A stretch of DNA of 62,575 nt, filler included. It is 10 parts of 10 records of this genome, joined end to end, with 100 filler letters (N's around TTAATTAATTAA, not from the genome) between each part and the next. Parts side by side here need not be neighbours in the genome. Positions count along the whole stretch, not along the records: positions 1 to 11,473 come from SRR7504441_11324; positions 11,574 to 16,791 come from SRR7504441_11331; 8 more parts are not named here. One strand, 5' to 3'. Under the pieces are notes generated by a model that was not told where the DNA came from, did no database searches, and saw nothing but the letters and a program-made list of their open reading frames with translations. This document shows, piece after piece, positions 1 through 11,637 of the stretch (position 1 is the first letter of the stretch; each line of letters starts with the position of its first letter). The position numbers were made by a program, and so were the translations under genes.

Positions 1-912
1 GTTTGAGCGTCATCGAGCGGCGTTCGGCTCTCCTAACAGGGTCTGTCTGCAGGGCAGCTGGCGCGCCGCCGTGAGAGCGCCTGTGCAGGTGACGCGGCTG
101 GGGGGATGTCGGCTGGTGGCGGTAGACTCGATAGGGCTGGTCCGGCTGGGGAACCTACGCCGGAACCAAACTGAGGCGAGTTCGGAGGCCGGGGGGCACT
201 CACAGTTGGGGTCCAGGCGTTTGTTAGACATGTGGCAGCCCAGGAGACTGTGCCGACAGTTCTGGTGAGCCAAAATCGTCCGAACTGGGACTGACTGGAC
301 AGGCAGCTGACACACATACCGTTGTGGCGGCCGTTGCGAGCACAGGAGCCGTCGAGCGAGTGCCGATTTGGGATAAAAGCGCACACTTACTACGACTTTG
401 AAAACATGCTGAGCTACGCCCCAAGCCGGTTGCTGCTGGAGGCACTTAATCCGGAGCTAGTGCTCAGCGGTAGCTGCTGCTGTGAGTGGTTAGTCTAACT
501 AGCCGGTCTAGGGGACGACCATCACAGCTGTCGGATCACGCACGAGTGGCACCGGTCCAAAAAGGTCTTAGAGGTGACGGTCCCAACTGTCTCCTGGATG
601 CAAGGCGAGTGGTGGCCTGGATACGCGCTGCTGGTCCTGCAGGGTGGCAAGGTAGCCGTGACACAATGCCATCTGCCCGGCCAAATCCCGATTCTGCTGG
701 CTTATGGCACGTATTGCCTAGCCATTCTAGCATGGCTGCTGGGCAAGACGCTGAGGGCCGTGCGCAAGGCTAACTCGCCGGGGCGCATTTATCCGTGCAA
801 ATTACTCGCCCAGTCAATCGCACTGGCTGCGCCCGAGAGTGCGTTGTTCACAATTTGTGCGATGCTCCTTTTCGTTTTAGTCCGATTTTTCAGCATACGA
901 CTTGTAGCGTGA
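1..912 (+). CDS. MPPE1/Cdc1(PGAP5)-like metallophosphoesterase, 5'-partial, spliced
   Basis: After removing short GT-AG introns reads ...LLLEALNPELVLSGDDHHSC...EVTVPTVSWMQG...PGYALL followed by C-terminal hydrophobic helices; matches the SGDDH/VTVP-SW motifs of Cdc1/MPPE1. Confidence 0.65.
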
Positions 913-1065
913 GCGCGTGGATTTTGTACTGGTGCTGTTGACACGGCGTGTGCATTATATATGCTATCATTTATGATCTGCAACACTACGTATTAGGGTA
1001 AATATAACGGAAATCTGAACGACCCTTTAGCGTTGGGGTTGATTGGCCTCAAGTACTAATCAGGC

Positions 1066-2914
1066 ATGCTGGCCGAGGAGCCGCCAGCGGCGCCCGACGA
1101 GGAGAAGGCGCCCCTGGCCAGGGCGCGGGCCGGCCCGATCGACCCTCCGCGCCGCAAACGGATCGGTCTCTACGCTCTGGTAGCGCTGATTTTCTTCAAC
1201 GTGGCGGGCGGGCCGTACGGTACTGAGGGACTGATCAAGTCGGGCGGCCCACTGTATTGCATCGTCACACTGATGATCCTCCCCTGGTTCTGGGGGGTGG
1301 GCCGTCGTCCGACCACAATCCGCCCGACAATGGCCGGGGGCAGGTGCCGATCGGTCTGCTCACCTCGGAGCTTTCCACTCTGTTTCCCGAGAACGGCGGG
1401 TGCTGGCAGCGGCTGGCCGCCGGGCCGAGCAACTGACAGGTACACGCTTTGGGTGCAGCGGGCGTTCGGGGATTTCTGGGGGTTCATGGAAGGGTGGCAG
1501 CCGGGTTGCCGGGCCGTGAGCCGTAGGGCAGCTGGTGCAAGTGGTCCGGTGGGGTGATTGACAATGCGCTCTACCCCGTACCCGCACCGGGCCATGCCGG
1601 TGATCCGGGGCAGGTGCTGCTGCTCGAGTACTTTGAGGCCGGCTCCGGGGTCACCCTGCCAATGGTGCGCCATTGGCCCATCCCCAGTGAGGCAGGGCAG
1701 TGGTGTACATATCTGCTCCGGGTGCTAGCAGCGACCGGGCTCACGATCATCAACCTGACTGGGCTCGAAGTGGTCGGGGCGGCTTCGATCGCGGTGCTGG
1801 TGCTGGTTTTGGTCCCGTTTGTGCTCCTGGCGATGGTCGGTCTAGACGAGTTCCGGCTGGATAGCTGGATCACAACACCAGCGCATGTAGTTGCCCGATA
1901 AGATACCGCTGAGAGCGAACCGCAGGTACACTGGGCCGGGCTGCTGCACAATGTGCTCTGGAATTTCAACGGGTTTGACTCGATCAGTACAATCACCGGC
2001 GAGGTGTCCGATCCGAGCAGGACAGTGCCCCGTGCTCTGCTGCTCTCCACTGTACTAATCCTGCTCACTTACCTGGTCCCTGTGATGGTCACCACGGCTC
2101 TCGACCCGGACTGGCACCTGTATGGCGACGGGCACTACACACAAGTGGCCAATCAGACCGGCGGGCCTGCACTCAACGCTATCTTCTCAGCCAGGCATCT
2201 TGCGATCGGCCACAAGTGAGCCGGAGGCCAGCGCCACGCTCTCGTGTGCGGGTATGTTCATGGCTGAGCTGGCTGCGGATTCGTACCAGCTGAGTGGAAT
2301 GGCCGAGCTGGGGATGGTGAGCTGCGGGCTGCTGGACTGAGCGGCCAGCAGGTGCCGAGGATGTTTATGCTGAGACTGCAGCAGTACGACACCCCGTGGG
2401 CAGCAATCTGCACCAGCTACGTGCTCATGCTCGCACTGATGCTCCTCCCTTTCAGCAGGCAAGCCCAGCAGCCGCCCCCAATCTGAAGTGCGCGCAGGTT
2501 GCTCGAAATAGACAATTGGCTGTACTCAGCAGCGCTGCTGCTCCAGATCGGGAGTTTAATCCGGCTGCGGCTCACCCACCCTGTGGAGGGCCGGAGCCCC
2601 GATTGCTTCAAGATCCCGGTACCGGCCGGCAGGCTGTGCTGATCCTGGCAGGTTGGGACTGGAGGGCTGATGGCGCTGTATGTCCCAACACTCGTGCTGG
2701 CCGTCTTCTCGCTGGTCGCTGGCTGGCTGTCCGGGTGGCGAGCCCGGCTAGGTGATGTGCCGGGCGATCACACATGCGATTGCTGTCGGGATCGTGCTTC
2801 TGGGGCTGGTGAGCCAAGCTAGCCCAGGCTTAGGGCTCCTAGCTAGCGATCGGGCAGGTGCTTCGAGTGGTGCTGGTCCGGCTCAAGCTACGACGGTTGG
2901 TGCGGTTTTGGTAG
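1066..2914 (+). CDS. APC-family amino acid/polyamine permease (PUT/RMV1-like), 12 introns of 33-49 nt
   Basis: Spliced motifs IFFNVAGGPYGTE, ELSTLFPENGG-YTLWVQRAFG, IDNALYP, LWNFNGFDSISTITGEV, DSYQLSGMAELGMVP; all 12 introns restore frame. Confidence 0.9.
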
Positions 2915-3104
2915 AGCGCATACTTTAGTTTAAATAATTACACTGAATTAATAATTAAGCAAAGTCGTGAAAACTCAAGTTAGTTTGGTTCCAAAAATCT
3001 ACCAAACTACTACCAAACATCATCATGGGATAATGATAAGGGTACATGATAAGCGAGGTACATGTACCGATTTCGTACATGTATACGAGTAGAGCAATAG
3101 AATC

Positions 3105-4792
3105 TTACAAGCCCTCATTGACCTGCTCTTCACTCAGCCCGGAAAAGTGTGCAAGCGAGTAGCAATCCGTAACAAATCCATAAACCGCGACAGCCCGAAG
3201 CATCCAAATCAAGTATTTCCATGGAGCTCTGCATACCCAATTTACCGTGCCAAGTTGGCAGCATAGTTCACCGGTTCGGCGCTCGGTGCACAGCCGAGGC
3301 TAGGAAGATAACACCGTGATAGGTCACGAGCTTGAAGAAGAGTTCCATGTAAATAAGGTCGCGCAGCCCGTCGTCCTTAAAATCATAGTACAGAGAGGAT
3401 ACAAATCCGATCATCACAAAGTTGATTGTGATATTGGCACAGTACAGGAGCAGCATGAGTTGCTGCGTCAAGTCCACGTCCACTGTTCAGTCTAATCAGC
3501 CCTGCCCTGCTCTGCAAGACTAGCAAGCTCGCACCGTTGTCTGGGTGCCATTCGTTATCCAAAGTCTTTGCATAGCCCAATCCAAATTGCTGTCACAGAG
3601 TTAGCTGACTCGCTAGATGAGCAGTTACCTGAGATTTCCACATCCACAGTGTAAACCAGGACGAGAACGTGAAGAAGATCGATCCCACAGTGAATGGCCC
3701 CGCGGCCCAGTACGTCACAATGTCGTCTGTCCTGTGGCTCAGGCCAGCTCTAGAGCAGCTATACCGTTGCCCTTGTCTGCCTCCTCGGTTGCAAAGTCAT
3801 TCCTGCCACCCTGTCAAGTCGTCTGGTGAGCAAACAGTCGCTGACCAGTAAACACCATATGCAATAAAGAAAAGCGTGCCTCCCCAGAAATTGAGCAGCG
3901 ATTCCATCAACGGAAATGCGTGCTGCAACCAGCCTCAGCCGCCCACCCCGGCCCGCAGATGCCTTATCCTTCCAAGGGTTCCAGCGAGACAGGCATCCAG
4001 AGCTCAGGTTCCTCCAATCGTTGTGCTCACCCTCGAGCACCGCTGACACCATGAAGCAGAAACTGCCAATCATCCCAGTCCCAACGTACCACCAGTTGAA
4101 TTCCGCAGTGGTGAAGGGCTGGCCCCATTCGAACATTCCACCACCGTACATGGTATTGACGTTGTAGAATATCGCGCCAAGCACACTCAATAGTGCGCCC
4201 GCTTCGCCGGCGTTCAGTTTGGAGAAGTTGATGAATTTGGGGCATCGCGTCAGCTTCTCCTTGACTTCAATCTCGATGCTCTGAGAGTTGCGCAGCTCTC
4301 GCCGGCTGATCACTCCGTCGTTGTCCTTGTCGGCCTCGGCAATCTGCTCCTCAGTGACGCCAGCGTCGAGCATTTCATCAATTCCGTGCTCGGCGTTGAT
4401 CACCAAGTAGTAGATCATATAGTTTCCAATCTGCCGGACCAGTCCGCCAGCCCCGGCCCACACGGCCGCACCGTGAAGGTCCAGGCGCCGAGCATGAACG
4501 GCCAGTCGACCCATGCCTTGTACTTCCACTTCGGCTCGCCCTCCAGTATGCTCGGGTACATGCAGATCGAGCCGATCGTGAACAGCACAGAGCCTTCAAC
4601 GAAGAACACCGCCGACCAGAACGATAATGTTTCCTGGAAATCGAAGCTCTCCAGGACCACGGTCCTGCTCTTGGGCCGGTCGCTCGCCGGCGCGGGGCTC
4701 TCGCTGGGCTCGGCCTCCTGCTTGAGTGGGTTGGGCTCCACCGCCTGCATTGTAGGCGGCCCGTCCAGCTCGATCACGGACGGTTGAGCCAT
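3105..4792 (-). CDS. Multi-pass membrane protein (YrhK-like helices) with one internal EF-hand, spliced
   Basis: Repeated hydrophobic helices (FWSAVFFVEGSVLFTIGS, GALLSVLGAIFYNVN, GMIGSFCFMVSA), loop DKDNDGVISRRE; introns include GC-AG 3923-3962. Confidence 0.65.
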
Positions 4793-4842
4793 CGACAAGC
4801 CCGACCGTTATAACGGCTCCGGCTGGGCTCCAGAGGACGCAA

Positions 4843-5932
4843 ATGCGGCCAGAGGACGGATTCGAGTACCATGGGCCCAACCTGGCGCACCGGCCGCTCC
4901 GGCCAGACGAGCTCCAGTGGGCGAAGCGTCTGCGGAAGCAGCACGTCCCAGGAGGAGTCACAGCCGCTCCGCCAGCTGCTCAGGCTGCGGCCCAGGCTGC
5001 AGCGCAGACTGCAGCGCGGGCGGGGCGGGAGCCGGGCTGGATGCCGGCCTGGAGCAAGAAGTTTGGGGAGCACGCGAAAAGAGCAGGTCGCGATGCTGAC
5101 CGCCAGAGCGAAGCACCAAACGACCTTGAGATAGCCAACCGCTCGCCAGGGAAACCGACGTCGAGGGCAGGAGCCACGCCGGTGGATTGGCAACCGGCGT
5201 GTGTCAAGAGCAAGCGGTTTGAGAGCAGAACCTCGCAGCAAGCCTCAGGGGCGCAACGCCAGGAGGCTGTCAGAACACCGGCTTCTCTCGCCCAGTACGC
5301 CGACCGAGGAAGCCGACGGGATCCCGAACCGGTGCCGACTGGTGGAGACCAAAGGTCCAGGCACAGGTCACCGGTCGACCCGGCAGATGGAGCGCAGCGC
5401 GATCCCACGGTCGCACAACGCCACGCTCCATCTGCCAGTGGCTCCAGACCGCGCAGCAGCGCGGCGGCAGCCCATGAGTCTGTTTGCAGCAGAGGCATGA
5501 GCATGCAACCCACCCGGGGAGCAGCAGATCCGGTTGCACAGGGCGAGAGTGCGGTCTACCACAGGGCCGAGCTGGCAGAGGGGTCTGTTGATCGCTCGCA
5601 GCGGGAATATTCACTGGCGATAGCCCAAGCGGTGATTATCCTGATTAGCACTAGATTGTTGATTATCTAACACTAGCTTTGCCGCCATGAAATTGACTCG
5701 CCGCCAGGAGCGCAAGGTTGAGATCTGGGAGATGGATTCCCACCAGGACTACCGCCTGGCGCACGCAATGGTCCCGGAATCGTGGACTCTCCAACACGAG
5801 GGCAAGGTGCCTGCCATTGCGAGCTGGTCGGAGCATTCCGCAGGTGGTAACACCGTATGGGGAGTTCTTGAGAGCATCGCAGCTCAAGTTGACTCACTCG
5901 GCATTAGCTTCGGTGCGTTTCCTGAGTTGTGA
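4843..5932 (+). CDS. Hypothetical low-complexity protein; 3' exon structure uncertain
   Basis: 275-aa ORF from an ATG 50 bp from the divergent neighbour; AT-rich intron-like segment near 5632-5676. Confidence 0.4.
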
Positions 5933-6196
5933 CCGCCACCAGTCCAACATCTAGACTGCTGATTTGCGTCGAGGCGCTAAGTGAGAGATCACGGTTTGTC
6001 GGCCGTTTGCCTCGCTGTAGTACGCATCAATTGGGCCTTAAATTGGGCCGATGAACCCGCCGACGGTCCGGTTGATGTGTTTTCTAGCTCTTTAACTTTT
6101 TATTAACGGACTATTAATTGACTGGTACGACTCGTACGTTGTACTTGGTAGTGATCACTTCGCGTCCGCTCGTCCCCGCTCGTGGCACTCGTGACA

Positions 6197-7249
6197 ATGC
6201 CGCGGGCGCTCGTTCTCTTCCTTGCGGTGTTGCAGCAGGCGACCCAAGCTGCCTGGCTAAGGATCGGCGATGCCCCGTGGGCTGCTCGCTCCGCAGCCAC
6301 CGTCACCTACGATCCTTCCACAGGCGGCTATCTCATGGCCGGTGGCACCGAGGGCTGGAACGGATCGGACACAGCTCACTACTGGCTAAACGAAGTCTGG
6401 CGCATCGACGCAGCCGAAGGAAACTGGACCAAACTCGCCAGCGACGAGCTGACTCCGTGGCAGCCCAGGCAGAACCCGGGCTTCGCGGCGACCAGGCAGG
6501 GAGTGGCGATTCTGGCGGGCGGGGAGGCGTGGCATCCACCGACACAGGACAAGGACACCTGGAACGACGTGTGGAGCATGGATCTGTCGACCGGCGCGTT
6601 CTCGCAGCTGCCCGACGCCCCATGGCAGGCCCGCACTGGGCACGGGCTGGTCGCGCTGGACGACGACACGCTCCTGATGGCTGGTGGGGGCTCATGTCGG
6701 AGCTGCGCCGTCATTAAAAAGTTTGCGGACGTCTGGGAGTTCAAACTGAGCACCAAGCAGTGGAAGCAGCGGCCAGATGCTCCGTGGCAGGCTCGATGGT
6801 TCCACGGCATGGCGGCCACGAGTGCCGGCGAAGTGGTCGTCGCCGGTGGCCAGGCCGGGTTTCTCTCTCTACACGACGTTTGGAAAATGGACACCGGCGG
6901 CAAATGGTCGCTCCTGACGCAGAAGGCGCCTTGGTCGGGTCGGAGTCAGTTCGCCCTGATGGCGTCTCCAGTGGCGCCCGTGATGGTGCTCGCTGGCGGG
7001 ACCGGGTTCAGCGCCGAAGACTCGGTGTGGCAGCTGCATACTGAGACCTGGGAGTGGACTCAGCTGCCGTCCCTGCCGAGCCCAAACATTGGGCCAGCAC
7101 TCACGGTGTGGGGCTCGGTTGGCATTGCCCGCGTCTCGGGCGGCTCCGTCCCATGCCGCGGCTGGCACTGTGGTTCGCAAACGCTCGTCCAGACCTCGCA
7201 ACAGTGGCAGGTTGTGCTGAACGCGACCGGCCGTGTTGCCAACGCGTGA
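6197..7249 (+). CDS. Secreted Kelch/galactose-oxidase-type beta-propeller protein, intronless
   Basis: Signal peptide MPRALVLFLAVLQQATQA; repeated PW-x-(A/P/G)R...GG...(N/D)-(D/E)VW Kelch motifs. Confidence 0.85.
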   Translation: MPRALVLFLAVLQQATQAAWLRIGDAPWAARSAATVTYDPSTGGYLMAGGTEGWNGSDTAHYWLNEVWRIDAAEGNWTKLASDELTPWQPRQNPGFAATRQGVAILAGGEAWHPPTQDKDTWNDVWSMDLSTGAFSQLPDAPWQARTGHGLVALDDDTLLMAGGGSCRSCAVIKKFADVWEFKLSTKQWKQRPDAPWQARWFHGMAATSAGEVVVAGGQAGFLSLHDVWKMDTGGKWSLLTQKAPWSGRSQFALMASPVAPVMVLAGGTGFSAEDSVWQLHTETWEWTQLPSLPSPNIGPALTVWGSVGIARVSGGSVPCRGWHCGSQTLVQTSQQWQVVLNATGRVANA

Positions 7250-7353
7250 GTACTTAAAACGCTGTGAGATTTAAATTCTATTATTAATTTTATCTCGCTC
7301 ATATTTATGTTGATTGCATGATTGTACAGTAGCCCGTGACCCTCAAAGGACCT

Positions 7354-10300
7354 TCACGACCAGACTACGTTGGAGACACATTCTTGCAGCTCTTTGAGCG
7401 ACACCTTCGGAAGCACTGCTTGCGCCTCGGCAGGGAGCAGTACTTTCCACGGTCGGCGAGCAACCAACCGAACAAACTCGAAGAAGCTAATTGAACCATT
7501 GCCATCCTTATCGAACACAAGCATCGCGTCGCGCACTTCCTCACGCAGCTGTGCATTCACCGGTCGGTTCAACATTCGCCACACCTAATCGCACAATCAT
7601 TACCTTGCGCACTTCTATGGACTTGCCTGCTCGCAGAGCTGCAGAAGTTCCGACTCCTCCAGCTGGCCGTCTCCGTTGAGATCCATCTGGTCAAAGAGCT
7701 TCTTTGCCGCTGTCACCACCAGATGCAGATCCGGCTCACCATCAGCCTTGCTCACAGCAGGTTGCTGCTTTGCCGGCGAGATCTCGCGCATCACCATCAA
7801 AGGGAGCTGCTCTTGCACATCTGGCGGGAGCAGGTCCTTCCATGGAGCTCGCGTTAACATCCTGAGGAATTCATTAAACGAGATCGTACCTGACCGCCAA
7901 CACACTCAGGGCTGGCCCTGAGGCACGGAACACACCGCTATCGTCAGTGTCAAACACAGCCATAGCACTCCGCACTTCAGTCATCAGATTGAGGCGCTGG
8001 TCTGCAGGGAGAGGCACCCCAAGCTGATCCCACAGCTTCTGAAGCAGTACAGCCATCTCGTCTTCGTCTATCTCGCCATTGCGGGACGTGTCAGCATCCT
8101 CAAACAGCTGCTTTGCAACGCGAATCACAGCCTGGCTCGCCATTTGCGAAGCGGCTTCTGAATTAGTCTCGGATGTTGAAGGTCCTGCACAACACGAATC
8201 ATGGAACTGGCATTGCACACAACTCGAGCAATGATGCACACACCTTCTGATGCAGGGTGAGCTGCTGCTCGAGGTTCTTCGTGGCTGAATTGCGTTAAAT
8301 TATGCTTCATCACTTGGATGGGCAGACCCTGCTGCACATCCTTTGGGAACAGCATTCGCCATGGAGGCATGGTGAGCATCTTGGCGAACTCTGAAAAGCT
8401 TAATACGCCATCGCCATCTGCATCGAACCTGCGCATGGTGTCGCGCACATCCTCTACTAGACCCATCCGTTGACCATGCTGCAAAGGCTTACCAAGCTTT
8501 TCCATTAAATGTGGAATCAAAGCAGCCAGCTCTTCTGCATCGATTGTGCCACTATCGTTGGCATCAAAATTGTCGAAAAGCTCCTGTGCTAAGCTCATTA
8601 CCGTTGCAGCAGCAGATTCACTCGAATCCTTCCAGATCCAATCGGCTGAGCCTCGTCTACCGCGCTTCTTGACTGGCGATGCGCTTCTGGCTTCGGCCTT
8701 GACCCTCTCCATGAGTTCAAGTGGTAACAAAAGCCAGAACGGCTTGACCCTAACCATCGCCCTGAAGCTGTCTAAGTTGATACCCTGGCTGCTGGCATGC
8801 CCAAACTTTTCGATAACTGCGGCGACATCTTGTTGCCGCCGTTCCTCATTTGGAGGGCATTGGCCAGACACTTCCCAGACTCGTTGCAGAACTGTCCTCA
8901 TCACACCCTCATCCAACCTACCTATTTGAGTAGCATCGAAGCTATTGAAGAGCTTCGCAGCTGCATTGTCGACCGGATCTTCGAACGTCGGTACAGCTGC
9001 TGCCTCTGTAGCGTCGCGTGCAGCAGCTGCAGTGAGGTCTGTCCGAACCATCCTCAGCACTAGGAAAGGCAGCTTGTCCTGCACTGCTGCTGGCATCAAC
9101 GACTTCCAGGGTGTCCGAGTGAGCATCATGAGGAACTCACTAAAACTCATTGTACCGTTCCCATCCTTGTCGAATGTTGCTATTGCCAATCGTACTTCCT
9201 CGACAACTCGCATCTTCAACTCTGGTTGCACCGCCACCCCCGTTTGTTTCCACACCTCCTGTACGACAGCTGCAAGCTCATTCTCGTCTAGGGAGCCACT
9301 GGAATCACTGTCGAACTGATCGAAGATTGTTCGAGCAGTGTCATGAACCTGTTGTGCATCGAGAGCAGCAAGCTTGGCTTGGTCCAATGCTGCCACGGTC
9401 TCCTCTGCCTGTTTGAGTTCCTTCACCATGGTTCGCACGACTTGCGGCAGCTCCTTTTGCACTGGTTCGGGCAAAAGTGTGCAGTACGGCGCCTGGGTCA
9501 GCATCCTAAGGAACTCACCAAAGGCAACTGGGCGTGTGAATTCAGACAGCGCGGCATCCAGAAGATCGGCTGAAGTTTTGGAGGATAGACCGCCACCAAG
9601 TTGATCAATCAATGTTCCCAACAATCCAGGCAGCTCTTGCTCCGAAACAAGGTTGTCGTGGTCAGTGTCGACTTTCTCGAACAGTTCTCTTGCAAATCTA
9701 ACGACCACACTGGCCGGGCTCCCGCTCTCACCATCCCATGCCCAGCTCTGTGCTACTTCCTCCATTGCACTGGCATCGTCTTGGGCCTGGAGTGTCTTCT
9801 CAGCCCGTAGGGCTTTGAGCAGGATCATTGGGAGCTTGACGTGCACAGCTGGCGGGAACATATCTCTGAAAGGACTCATTGTGATCATCCGAAGAAACTC
9901 AAAAAAACTGAGAGTGCCGTTCCCATCCGTATCGAAGCGTTGCATTACTTTCCGAATCTCTCCCATCATGTTCATCTTGAAATGGTTTGGGAGCCGCTGG
10001 CCCAGTCTCTCGAACAGATTTTTAATTACAACAGCTAGCTCGTCGTCGTCTAGACCACCACTCTGGTCTGTATCGGCTTCAGTAAAAAGGTCTTTCGCTA
10101 CCTGATAGACCATTTGTCCCGCGTTCTCTGAGGACCCTTCCTCTTCCCATGCCCAGCGCTTTTGATTAGATGTCACTGCTGGTGTCAGGGCTCTCTCGAA
10201 CCGGCCAATAAGCAGGTTGACTTGACGGCCAGCCTCTGGAGGCAGCAAATCGAGCCATGGCGGTCGAACAATCATTTTGAGGAACTCATGAAAACTGATT

Positions 10301-11448
10301 CCCCCAGAGCGGTCCAGATCGAACTCATCTAGCGAAGTTCTGACATCCCGCTCCACGCGCATCTGGCGGTCACCATCAAGAGGCTGGTCCACTTTGTCCC
10401 ACATGCCTACAATCAGGCTGCCGAGCTCAGCGTGGTCAATCTGGCCGGAGCCATCTGTATCAAACTCCTCAAACAACTGGCGGGCAGCCTCCACAAGCTT
10501 CTTTGCCTCCTCTCTTCCCTCCTGCATTGCCGCCTGGACTGCGTCTGCGACCTGCTCCTGCTGAGATGTGCCTGCCTGCTGGGCTAGCTGCTCAATTGCT
10601 TCTTCCTCGCTGCTTGCCTTACCAGCTTGCATCAGTTTGAGCACCAGTTTCGGTAGCACTGTCGTCACTTCTTGAGGCAGCAAGTCTCTCCATGGCTTCA
10701 TTGTAATCATTCGAAGAAATTCTGGGAATGACAATGATCCTGATTGATCGAGATCAAATTTATCCATGCTTGATGCCACAAAATCGTGCATGTGCAGTTT
10801 ATATTCTGGTGGGAGTTCTTTGCCAATTTGGTTGAATAGCGTGCTGATCAGCCCAGCTACCTCATCCACTTCGACAGCCCCACTTTGATCAGTGTCGGCC
10901 ATTTGGAACACAGACTTGGCGAACGATAGCACGACACTGGCTGGTGGCTCGGTACTGTCCTCCCATACCCAATGCACTTGAGGTGGTCGAACACGGACAG
11001 GTGATGCTGCTCTGAAAATCTTATTCGCGAACCGAGGCAGCGACTCAGTAAGACTGTCTGGTAGCAACGTCGACCATGGCCTGTGAGTGAGCATCCTCAG
11101 GAACTCACTGAACTCAAGCTGTCCGGAATTGTCGACATCAAACTCTACCATCGATGCACTCACAAGCTCACTGACCGATTCACCCTTATCTGATGCCAGC
11201 TTCTCGAGCTCTTTTGTCTGCCCAAGCTTGTTCAGAATAGTGGAGAGAACTGACTCAAGTTCAGATGCTCCTAGCGCACCACTCTTATCCGTGTCTGCAC
11301 CATTGAATAGAGTCTTTGCGAACTCGACAATCTCGGCTGGCGCTGACTGTCCTTGAGCACTCCAAGACCAGGCCTCTTCTTGTCCACCTGGCGCTGCTGT
11401 TTTGCCTTGGGCAAGCTGCATTACAAGTTTTGGGAGAGTTTGCTGGAC
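7354..11448 (-). CDS. Giant EF-hand repeat protein (at least 10 paired EF-hand modules), 5'-partial
   Basis: Repeated DxDxSG loops, each pair followed by F-x-EFLRM-x(3)-PW-x-x-LLP; three short introns near the 3' end; the exon begins at 11448 after an intron acceptor. Confidence 0.9.
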
Positions 11449-11473
11449 CTGAACGGGCATTAATTGCTTCCAA

Positions 11474-11573
11474 NNNNNNNNNNNNNNNNNNNNNNNNNNN
11501 NNNNNNNNNNNNNNNNNTTAATTAATTAANNNNNNNNNNNNNNNNNNNNNNNNNNNNNNNNNNNNNNNNNNNN
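11474..11573. other. Artificial contig linker N-TTAATTAATTAA-N (also near 16792, 32918, 37465, 40568, 43857, 47023, 51338, 56087)
   Basis: Identical ~100-nt N-padded spacer with stops in all six frames. Confidence 0.98.
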
Positions 11574-11637
11574 ACCGCTGGACCTGCGGGCTGAGTATGG
11601 CTATCGTATCCCCGACGCAGACCGGGTCGCGGCGTCC

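Noticed and set aside
1066-2914. Apparent frameshifts suggesting pseudogenes or an alternative genetic code
   Set aside because: All resolved by short GT/GC-AG introns under the standard code.
6197-7249. Intronless bacterial-looking genes (Kelch, AKR, hydrolase) as contamination
   Set aside because: They sit on the same contigs as intron-containing eukaryotic genes, with matching spacer motifs.
11474-11573. Recurrent TTAATTAATTAA flanked by Ns
   Set aside because: Artificial contig linker; adjacency across linkers carries no biological meaning.
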